Origin: an uncultured Oscillospiraceae bacterium
Lineage (GTDB): Bacteria; Bacillota; Clostridia; Christensenellales; CAG-138
Length of the DNA stretch: 39,379 nucleotides
Direction: 5' to 3'
NCBI GenBank assembly: GCA_964411535.1
Contig: CAYPLG010000003.1
Location: 1-39,379 of the forward strand
Shown: in pieces, positions 25,876-33,561 of the stretch
Layout: the number at the start of each line of letters is the position of its first letter
Numbering within the stretch: position 1 is the first letter of the stretch
Position numbers and translations under genes: made by a program
Notes under the pieces: generated by a model
What the model was told of the DNA's origin: nothing
What the model saw: the letters and a program-made list of their open reading frames with translations, nothing else
The model's database searches: none

Positions 25876-27483
25876 CTATTCCCCCTCATATTCGGACGCC
25901 GTTACAAACGTAACCGGAAGCGCATCCTTCGTTTCGTGCAAGTACTTCCGTACATATCCGTTCAGATAATCCGCCTTGTCCTTTGCAAAGCCATACTCCA
26001 TATTGGTCTTATAATAGTTCATATCGCTCGCCCGGTACCCGTCAAAACCCGCGAGGGCAACGCTATGCACACCCGCGCCGCGAAGCGCCTTTAACAGCAT
26101 GACTAGCGAGTTGTCGGGAATCTCCGTTTTAGGATCGATCAGCGCACTGTAATTGAGCACATACGGAAAATCCCCCTGTGCGCGCGTTACGTTGGAGGTT
26201 GCTACAATCGCAATGGTATCCTCCACCTTGGCAAGGCGGGAAGCCATCTGCGCATACCGCTTCGCATTCGTGATAAACAGCCACTTGACCGTTTCACAGT
26301 AAGCCCGCGGCAGAAAATTGATGGAGAATACAACCGGGCGGCGCTGCCGTATGTACGCCTGCACATCCGCCTGCTTATGCGCAATAGACGGCCCCGGCCC
26401 CAGCACCAGCACCTCGCGTCCTTGCAGCTTCTCAAACAATGCCGCCCGCGCATCCGCATCGTCGCACTCGTTCTTTTGAAAATCCAGATAGAGCGCTTCA
26501 ATCCGCTTTTGGTTGTACAGCAATTTTTCGTCGCCCACCAGCTGCGAAAGGATCTCCTTAATGGACTTCATCGAAAGCGTTCGCTTTTCCATCAGATAGG
26601 ACACATAGTTCGGATGGCACTTGTTGCTCGCCGCTACATAGTAAAAGAAGTTGTAGCCCCACGGGGTTACGCGGTAAATGTCGAGGATATTCGTCTCGAT
26701 GGCTTCGAGCAGCTGGCTTACATCGTACGATTTTCCGCAATGCTCGTTCATATACATGGAGATGAGCTCAATCGGCGCGTTACCTGCGCTCTTGCCCATG
26801 CCGTACAGCGAGCCGTCCACAACGATGTCGCGCTGCGTATCCGCATGGAGCATGCTGATGCTGTTCGCATAACCCATCTGAAAATTGTTGTGCGCATGAT
26901 AGCCCAGAGCAATCTCCGGCAACAAATGCGCGTCCGCAACCTTGAAAATATGCAGCAGATTGCTTTGATGCAGCAGGCCGTACGTATCCACCATGGACAT
27001 GGCAAACGGGCACACGCTGTTGACAAGGCCGATGAGTTCCAGCAGTTCCGGGTCGGAGTAGCTGGTAATCGATACGGCTTGCGCAAAAACCCGGTAACCA
27101 AGCTTCTTCACCTCCGCGCAAAAAGCAAGCGCCTCGTGCATCAGGTGCTTTTTGAATATCACGCGTATGCCGTCGAGCACGGTATTCTCGCAAGGCTCTA
27201 TGTTTGCAATCGGACACGTGCCATAGTCGATCATGCCGACGACAATCGCGTCGCCTTTGTGAATGCCGCCGTAGATGCGCGTCGCGCTCTTTGTATCCGG
27301 CATAATGCTGCGGTTTTCGTCAAAGGGTCTGCGCGCATCCAGAAATCCGACTTCGATTATGTCCACGCCTGCGCCGGCCAACCGCTCAAACACGCTGGTC
27401 AGCGTATCGCGCCCGAATTCCCAGTCGTTGATGTAACCGCCGTCGCGCAGTGTGCAATCCAGCAAGCGGAGCTTCCTCGTCAT
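25876..27483 (-). CDS. fusion protein: HMGL-like (DRE-TIM) aldolase domain plus DUF115/MptE-like domain
   Basis: N-terminal DCTLRDGG and YHAHNN metal-site motifs. C-terminal LVLGPGPSI and VALAGFDGY, characteristic of DUF115 (Maf/MptE-like). ATG 27483 follows GGGGGAGG, with an ATGA overlap on the gtrA stop. Confidence 0.75.
   Translation of the reverse strand: MTRKLRLLDCTLRDGGYINDWEFGRDTLTSVFERLAGAGVDIIEVGFLDARRPFDENRSIMPDTKSATRIYGGIHKGDAIVVGMIDYGTCPIANIEPCENTVLDGIRVIFKKHLMHEALAFCAEVKKLGYRVFAQAVSITSYSDPELLELIGLVNSVCPFAMSMVDTYGLLHQSNLLHIFKVADAHLLPEIALGYHAHNNFQMGYANSISMLHADTQRDIVVDGSLYGMGKSAGNAPIELISMYMNEHCGKSYDVSQLLEAIETNILDIYRVTPWGYNFFYYVAASNKCHPNYVSYLMEKRTLSMKSIKEILSQLVGDEKLLYNQKRIEALYLDFQKNECDDADARAALFEKLQGREVLVLGPGPSIAHKQADVQAYIRQRRPVVFSINFLPRAYCETVKWLFITNAKRYAQMASRLAKVEDTIAIVATSNVTRAQGDFPYVLNYSALIDPKTEIPDNSLVMLLKALRGAGVHSVALAGFDGYRASDMNYYKTNMEYGFAKDKADYLNGYVRKYLHETKDALPVTFVTASEYEGE
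25897..26106 (-). repeat. intact copy of the ~210-bp direct repeat flanking the HAD gene
   Basis: See 24992-25204. This copy is in frame within the aldolase/DUF115 CDS. Confidence 0.8.
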
Positions 27484-27992
27484 TTTTCCGCCGCCTCCCC
27501 CGCCGTTGTCTCCTCCGCCTCGGAAGGCGATTTGCGAAACGCCCAAAACTTATTGACAAGGAAATTCAGGGGAACCGTTATGCAAAGGTTGATCAACGGC
27601 GCAATATTCTCCGATATATGGAGCTTATCCACCCATAGCCACAGCAGCACAGCGCCAAGCAGATAGCTCGTCAGTCCGTACCCGGCTACGGTTCGCGCAA
27701 AGGTTTTCAGATGCTCGAAAAACGTCCGCCGTCTGCCCATTTTGAACACATAGCGGCTGTTCCAGAAATAGGAATTCACAACGCCGACAACAAAACCGAG
27801 AAAATTGGCAAGCTGGTGATGCAAGTGGAACACGTTCACGCATACATAATATACGCCCAGGCTGATCAGCGTATTGGACACGCCTACAATCCCGAACTTA
27901 ATAAACTGCATAATCGTGCTTTTGAGGCCTTCCGACCGTATGGTCTCCTTTATATTGGATAGCTGAAAGCCCGGCTTTTTTTGCATTTCCAT
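27480..27992 (-). CDS. GtrA-family membrane protein
   Basis: FIKFGIVGVSNTLISLGVYY signature, four helices. First gene of the glycan operon. Confidence 0.85.
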   Translation of the reverse strand: MEMQKKPGFQLSNIKETIRSEGLKSTIMQFIKFGIVGVSNTLISLGVYYVCVNVFHLHHQLANFLGFVVGVVNSYFWNSRYVFKMGRRRTFFEHLKTFARTVAGYGLTSYLLGAVLLWLWVDKLHISENIAPLINLCITVPLNFLVNKFWAFRKSPSEAEETTAGEAAEK

Positions 27993-28079
27993 CGGCGTAT
28001 GCCACTTTCCCGGCTGCGCGAAATGTATATACGCATACCGCTACTACTACATTGTAGCATAGTTTGATGAAAAGCAAAA

Positions 28080-28105
28080 CCCGTCAGTCGTAATACTCGA
28101 ACACC
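28080..28105. repeat. left copy of 26-bp perfect direct repeat (orphan gene-end fragment)
   Basis: CCCGTCAGTCGTAATACTCGAACACC, identical to 31711-31736. Confidence 0.95.
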
Positions 28106-28167
28106 GCTAGTTAGCCCTTCTTTATAGACGACCACGTTTTCTCACGCGAGCTAAGACTTTTGTTATA

Positions 28168-29553
28168 TTACAGCTTTTTCATTCGATATAGTAACCGTTT
28201 ACTGTCTGAAACCAGTTGCTTATCTGCAATTTCAAAAAACTTGCAAAAAGCATTTTCAAACCCAGTTTCCGAATAATTCGGAAATATATCGTCTCGCGTA
28301 GCAAGCAGCACCTGTACTTTCGAGTCTTCCTTCGGAACAAATTCTATAATCAGGTTGTCCGCAAGAGAGGATAGCCATTCTGCAATTTTCGGCAAGGGAA
28401 GATTATTTGATATTGCCAAATGATGAATAATTGCAAGCGCTAAAATGCAGTCTGGCTTCCCACGTTCCGCAATGCTCTTGCGTTCGCAATTTGCAAATCC
28501 AATAGCTGGGCTAGGATTAGTAAGATCAATGATCAACGGTAAGATATTAACGTTTTCTGACTTGACCAAAGAATAATTGCGTTCCGTCGCAAGCGGATCT
28601 ATGTCAAAAGCAACCGCCATCATCCCGTCTGTTGATGCTAGTTTTGTGTATACTCCATCGTTTGCGCCCAAGTCCCAAACCATCTTTGGTGCTATTTTTT
28701 TAATATATGCCCGTACAATAGCTTCCTTTGCGTCTGAAGCCACCTGCGAATAATTCGTGTGTGCATAGTAATCTGACCATTCTGTCTTTTCCTTGCGAAG
28801 TCGCAATGATTCAATCCCGCGGATAATGCTGTCAATCATTGCAATATGGTTGTTTTTCGAAAGATAAATTTGTTTCGTTCGGCTAACGCTTTTCCCGTCT
28901 TCTGCATGCCCCATAATTGCTTTTGCATGCCAATGTATATGCTGTTTTGCAAAAAAGCCGCCCTTTCCATGCAGCAATTTGGATGCCAATGGCAACGGAA
29001 TACCATCAATATAAAGTCTAAGAAGCTTGCTCATCTGCAAATCCAGGTTACACATCATCAACAACGGCGCAATAAAATGTCTGCAAAACTGTCCATATGC
29101 TATCCACGGCATGCCCTCTTGATATATATCAAATGATAGCGTATCTATTAATACAGGCTGTCCATGCAAAAACTGCACATTATACGCGCTTGCATCTTTC
29201 AATATCATTCCGTGTGCAAGCGCCTTTTTATGGCAGGAAAGAGTAAGCAATGCTGCATCCTTTAACATCCCAAAAGCCCACTCATAGGGATAGGAAATGA
29301 ATGGAATATTTGTTGGTTCAATTACCAAAAAGGCATCGTTTGTAATTCCCTCTTCTGTTGATACTTGATGACCAATCAGCATGCCTGCCTTTGTCAATTC
29401 AGCATATAAGCCGCCATCCATTAACTTGCAATACTGTTCCCTGTAGCAAGGATTTATTTGACGATATAGTCTTCCATTGCGTGTGAAAACCATTCCGGAA
29501 GGATCGCGAAACGAGCTAGCCTCAATCTGAGCGTTATCGTTCTTCCTTATCAT
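28168..29553 (-). CDS. two-domain protein: N-terminal kinase-like/unknown domain plus C-terminal class I SAM-dependent methyltransferase
   Basis: N-terminal FRDPSG...YPYEW...LKDASAYNVQF...IDTLSF. C-terminal SAM motif I VWDLGANDG and post-I AFDID. ATG 29553; the track's TTG 29583 is an alternative. Confidence 0.7.
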   Translation of the reverse strand: MIRKNDNAQIEASSFRDPSGMVFTRNGRLYRQINPCYREQYCKLMDGGLYAELTKAGMLIGHQVSTEEGITNDAFLVIEPTNIPFISYPYEWAFGMLKDAALLTLSCHKKALAHGMILKDASAYNVQFLHGQPVLIDTLSFDIYQEGMPWIAYGQFCRHFIAPLLMMCNLDLQMSKLLRLYIDGIPLPLASKLLHGKGGFFAKQHIHWHAKAIMGHAEDGKSVSRTKQIYLSKNNHIAMIDSIIRGIESLRLRKEKTEWSDYYAHTNYSQVASDAKEAIVRAYIKKIAPKMVWDLGANDGVYTKLASTDGMMAVAFDIDPLATERNYSLVKSENVNILPLIIDLTNPSPAIGFANCERKSIAERGKPDCILALAIIHHLAISNNLPLPKIAEWLSSLADNLIIEFVPKEDSKVQVLLATRDDIFPNYSETGFENAFCKFFEIADKQLVSDSKRLLYRMKKL

Positions 29554-29743
29554 TCTGCGTTTCTTGCACTCCTTCCTTCTCAAAATTGGACGTTATCTTC
29601 GTCTGACTCGTTTTTTTGCCTTTGCGGGAAACCCACCATGCTTTTACCCTTGCCTTGAAGGCAAAAAGCAACGCCCCGCAAGCCGCTATTCCTGCGATCA
29701 GGATCTGAATAATCATACTTCCAAAACCAGGATCCAAATACAT
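29534..29743 (-). CDS. small membrane protein (69 aa)
   Basis: ATG 29743 lies 7 nt after GGAGGAA. MYLDPGFGSMIIQILIAGIAACGALLFAF helix followed by a Lys-rich tail. 20-nt overlap with the downstream gene. Confidence 0.6.
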   Translation of the reverse strand: MYLDPGFGSMIIQILIAGIAACGALLFAFKARVKAWWVSRKGKKTSQTKITSNFEKEGVQETQNDKEER

Positions 29744-29836
29744 TATTTCATTCCTCCATTGTTCATTCATTCTTTGTTGCACATACTAGCAAAAAGCCTA
29801 TGTTCCTGCATGCACAAGATAACACTCGTAACGCTA

Positions 29837-31525
29837 TTAATCGTTTTCTACATAAGCATAGTTACCGGAACCTACAAATCGATTCACAAGGTACCTAGAC
29901 AAATTCAAAGGGGTACGCAATGCATTGTCTTCCTCTCCGTTCTTGTATGCATCCGGCACCCGTATTGCGCTTATTACGCTATTCCAAAGTTCTTGCGCCG
30001 GAGTATCATCGCCGAATGCCGCATTAAAATCCTCTTCCGTATTGTTGTGAAGTCCATGATCACCTTGTAAAATGATCACTGCATTCGGATCCTGTGTACA
30101 AATAGCATCAATCATTCCTAGCAGAACTTTGCTCGTATAAACATGATTTCCTAGGTAATTGCAAATTTCACGACTGTCCTTCGTACTGTCAATCACATTC
30201 CCTTCAGAATCATATGCAAAAGGATTATGCGCCATCTCAAACATCAAAACTGTAAGCTGTGGCGCAATATCTGTTTGTAGCGTCATGAAAAACTCTTTTG
30301 CAAAGTTTAGATCGCAGGTTAAAGAGCGTTCTGTCATCCGCAACTGTTGTAATTCCTCTTTAGATATGGAATAATTCACTTCACCAGCAAGCTGTTCGTG
30401 TTGAGTATCCTTATCCGCGCCGTGCAACATCTCAAAAATAATAAACGCAGGCTTTGCAAATGTTTCCAAAAAAGCTTCGTACTGTATTTGTTCCTTAATC
30501 TTCTGTACATCAGAAGCACCTCGACTGACTTGATTCGATGGCAAAGTACAGCTTTGCAAGTAAATCGAATCCGTTGTTCGGTTAATATAGTCACTGAACA
30601 AAAAGAAATCCGTTCCTTCCGGAAAAAACACCCCCGGATATGTGCAAACTATTTTTATCCGATAGCCTTTGAGCCGAAACGCTGTAAATAGATCAAGGTT
30701 CCTTCGTGCTTCAACTACGTTCTTGCTGGAACCTACCGCCGTACGATCTTTTTATGATTGGATTATTTCTTTCAATGTATCATCATAGTAATCTGGGCTC
30801 ATCATCGACGGAATTGCAACATACGTAATATGTAACGACTCCAGATATGCATTTTTGTTTAATGCGAATCCTCGTTCATTAAGTGCGGCATTAAATGCTG
30901 CTTGTTCATCGTGAAAATATTTATTGACCGTATCAAATCCAAGCATTCCGTCACAATGAATCCAATAAATATTTGGACTTTCCTGACGATTAACTTCAAA
31001 ATCCGTCCGATAATCAGCACTTGTAGCAATAGCGATTTTCTTCTGTTCAGTATTCCGAATAATAATACGAGCGCTATTCATACTAAGTAATGCAAGTATA
31101 ACCGTAAATAAAAACACTGCAACAACGTCATCGGCCGCTTCGTGTTTTCGTAAAACAATACCGATTACAATCGCAATAATTATGAAAATAGAAATTGATA
31201 TAGGCAATCCGTGTACTTCCCGATCAAGGAGGTCGCAAAATAAAGCTCTAAGTTCGTTATAAGAAAAAAATATGATCCAAAAAATAATACATATTGCAAT
31301 TGCCGACAAGAAACTTTGAAAAATTGCTCGTGCCGAATAATACAATATAATGGAAAATACCATTTCAAATACACAAATAAGTAAAATGTATCGAAATAAT
31401 ACTTGTTCTACGTTTTGGCTGTAATAATACGATGTAATTGCTACTGGAATTAATGCAGATGAAATAAAAAACATCCATTTGTATAATTCAGCAGACCTAC
31501 ATTTTTCCATAGTTCTCATTTTCAA
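29837..31525 (-). pseudogene. sulfatase/LTA-synthase-family membrane protein interrupted by one in-frame TAA
   Basis: ORFs 30752-31525 (five TM helices plus PNIYWIHCDGMLGF) and 29837-30631 (ILQGDHG sulfatase motif) are in the same frame. The 40 codons between them contain no further stop. The stop codon is at 30752-30754. Confidence 0.7.
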
Positions 31526-31662
31526 TTACTGCTATGCTTAATCATTTCTATAACAAGTTGGTTGAACAATCCTGCACTCTTTCCTTCCCATTCCAATTAC
31601 CATGCAATTTGATTGCATTAATTCTTGTACATTATAACAAAATAAACTGTTTTTGCAATAAC

Positions 31663-31708
31663 ATAGAACCATAATATGTCCTACAATAGAACCATAATAT
31701 GTTCTACA
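31663..31708. repeat. 23-bp tandem direct repeat x2
   Basis: ATAGAACCATAATATGTCCTACA / ATAGAACCATAATATGTTCTACA, with one mismatch, abutting the right 26-bp repeat. Confidence 0.9.
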
Positions 31709-31710
31709 AA

Positions 31711-31736
31711 CCCGTCAGTCGTAATACTCGAACACC
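31711..31736. repeat. right copy of 26-bp direct repeat (functional 3' end of the M15 gene)
   Basis: Covers 4 nt after the stop, the stop codon, and codons VFEYYD of the 31715-33070 CDS. Confidence 0.95.
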
Positions 31737-33070
31737 TTCCTAAGCCCGCGCTTCGCATCGTCATGCTGTACGCGGATGTTGTCGGTTAATGTAAAATGCA
31801 TGCCGTCGCTCGTAGAATTGTAATAGTGTCCCCATTGAAACCCGGCGCGGTAAAATGCAAATTCGTACAGTAGATAGTTGATTACGCTTTCCGGCATCGC
31901 AAAGTCCGTACAGGCGTATGTCCCGGAATAGCTGAAGTCATAATACTGCTTTCCGTCTTCCGTCAAAATGCCATTGTAAGCCAGGCAATTGCGCACCTCC
32001 TTGTCAATTACCTGCAAATTCTCTTTTATATTCTCGTTCGGCGGCATGACGGCGTTGATATCCGTCGCCGTGCCAAGGCCGTGATGCGAAAAGTACTTCA
32101 GTCCGGAGGTGTAGCGCGACAGGTAGGAACCGTTGTAGTCGACGATGAGGCGGGACAGCGGCAATATGCCCGTGTCGCCGTTCGTTCCATGCACCCGCAC
32201 GGACGCGCTCTGCAAATATGCGCGCGCCTTTTCATAATACGGCACCGCGTCAATATGCACGCGCCACGGTTCGCCCTCGTCCATCTTGATTTCCGTAATA
32301 TACTTCGCTTCCCAGTCCGGGTCGGCCACGGTATAGCGGCCGTATACCCTTTGGAAACGATACAAAAAGCGATCCTTGTCGCCGAAAAAGGCCAGTGCGG
32401 TGGAATAGCTGTTGTTTGAGAACATGGATGCGTCAATCCGCGTCCAGTCCTCACCCAGAACATAAAACTTGCCGCTTTCCTGCAAAAACGGCATATCCCC
32501 CTGCACACCCGTCTGCGTGCAGGATGCGGAAAGTACAATTGTATGCAACCCGGTTTTAAGTTCCGAAAAACGCATCTGTTCGGAAAGAGAAGCGCCTTCG
32601 TTCGTTCCCGCTGCGTCGGTGAAACGATAGCTTGTCATGTTGCTGCCGGGCAAAAACGTCACCCGGCCCACGTATGGATAGAACGCATCCTCCGTATAAT
32701 CGCAAAGAATCATGATCGAAACCGACGTAAGCGGATAGTTGCAGCGGATGGTTCCGTCCAGCATCCGTTCGCTGCCGAGCGCAAGCCGCTCCAGCGGCCC
32801 CGGCAGGGGCGCTGACTCGCTCTGCGTAAACACAAACGCCGGAGCGGGAGGCTGCGTTGGCGCAGGCATAGCCGCAGGCACGGGTGTTGTATCGGCATAT
32901 ATATGCAGCGCCGGCGCGCTCTCCGCGCGGGCATTCCTGTTTTCGCGCATGCCGTACATAACCAGCGCGCAGAAAACCGCAAGCAGGCAAAATGCCACAA
33001 CAGACAGCAGCAACGCTGCCCGAAAGCCGTTGCGATTCTGTCGTTTTCCGGTTTCTCTTGACGATTTCAT
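31715..33070 (-). CDS. membrane-anchored M15-family (VanY-like) D-Ala-D-Ala carboxypeptidase
   Basis: N-terminal anchor helix LLLSVVAFCLLAVFCALVMY, Pro/Ala linker, C-terminal SHHGLGTATDI (SxHxxGxAxD) and WGHY...DGMHF metal-site motifs. Confidence 0.65.
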   Translation of the reverse strand: MKSSRETGKRQNRNGFRAALLLSVVAFCLLAVFCALVMYGMRENRNARAESAPALHIYADTTPVPAAMPAPTQPPAPAFVFTQSESAPLPGPLERLALGSERMLDGTIRCNYPLTSVSIMILCDYTEDAFYPYVGRVTFLPGSNMTSYRFTDAAGTNEGASLSEQMRFSELKTGLHTIVLSASCTQTGVQGDMPFLQESGKFYVLGEDWTRIDASMFSNNSYSTALAFFGDKDRFLYRFQRVYGRYTVADPDWEAKYITEIKMDEGEPWRVHIDAVPYYEKARAYLQSASVRVHGTNGDTGILPLSRLIVDYNGSYLSRYTSGLKYFSHHGLGTATDINAVMPPNENIKENLQVIDKEVRNCLAYNGILTEDGKQYYDFSYSGTYACTDFAMPESVINYLLYEFAFYRAGFQWGHYYNSTSDGMHFTLTDNIRVQHDDAKRGLRKVFEYYD

Positions 33071-33134
33071 GGATATAGTATATCATGCCAGCACAGAATG
33101 GAACAAGTCTGCGAAGGGACGGTGTAACATATCC

Positions 33135-33518
33135 ATGAACAAGTATCCGTGGCTTGATGCATATCTGCTCGACAAGCCTGAAGCAACCAAGGATTTCAAA
33201 GCCGAATGGGGCTGGTTTCGATACTTAATCGACGGAAAGCAATTTGCCGCCGTTTGCACGCCGGATGAAACGCATGCGCTGCATGCCGGCCGCACGATGG
33301 TCATTCTCAAGTGCGATCCGCAGCTTGCGGAGCTTTTCCGCGCGCAGTATCCGGACGTAACGCCGGGTTTCTACAGTAACAAGGCGCATTGGAACAGCGT
33401 GTATCTCGACGGCGACGTTCCGGAGGATGTGCTCCGCAGTATGTGCGACCAATCGTATGCGCTTGTTGTCAAAGGGCTGTCCAAAAAACGAAAGGACGAG
33501 CTGCTCTCCCGCCTGTAA
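33135..33518 (+). CDS. MmcQ/YjbR-family protein
   Basis: 127 aa from ATG 33135. FKAEWGWFRYLIDGKQFA...ILKCDP...GFYSNKAHWNSVYLDG matches the family pattern. The track's upstream extension is antisense to the M15 gene. Confidence 0.8.
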   Translation: MNKYPWLDAYLLDKPEATKDFKAEWGWFRYLIDGKQFAAVCTPDETHALHAGRTMVILKCDPQLAELFRAQYPDVTPGFYSNKAHWNSVYLDGDVPEDVLRSMCDQSYALVVKGLSKKRKDELLSRL

Positions 33519-33561
33519 GTAAGGCAGCGCGCCCAAAGATGCGTTTGCGTTCAACCGTGCT

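Larger units (their letters stand above)
28080..31736. mobile_element. low-GC inserted segment bounded by direct repeats (no recombinase gene visible)
   Basis: 26-bp direct repeats at both ends. Sampled 60-nt lines give 38-48% G+C inside versus 63% in a flanking line. Confidence 0.55.

Noticed and set aside
26377-27666. 429-aa plus-strand ORF opposite the aldolase::DUF115 gene
   Set aside because: Antisense shadow (His/Arg/Val-rich). It spans the gtrA/aldolase junction, which is implausible for a real gene.
28080-31736. Calling the low-GC insert an IS element, transposon or prophage
   Set aside because: I could not recognise a transposase, integrase, terminal inverted repeats or phage genes. 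Only the junction duplication and the composition support mobility, so it is reported as an insertion of unknown mechanism.
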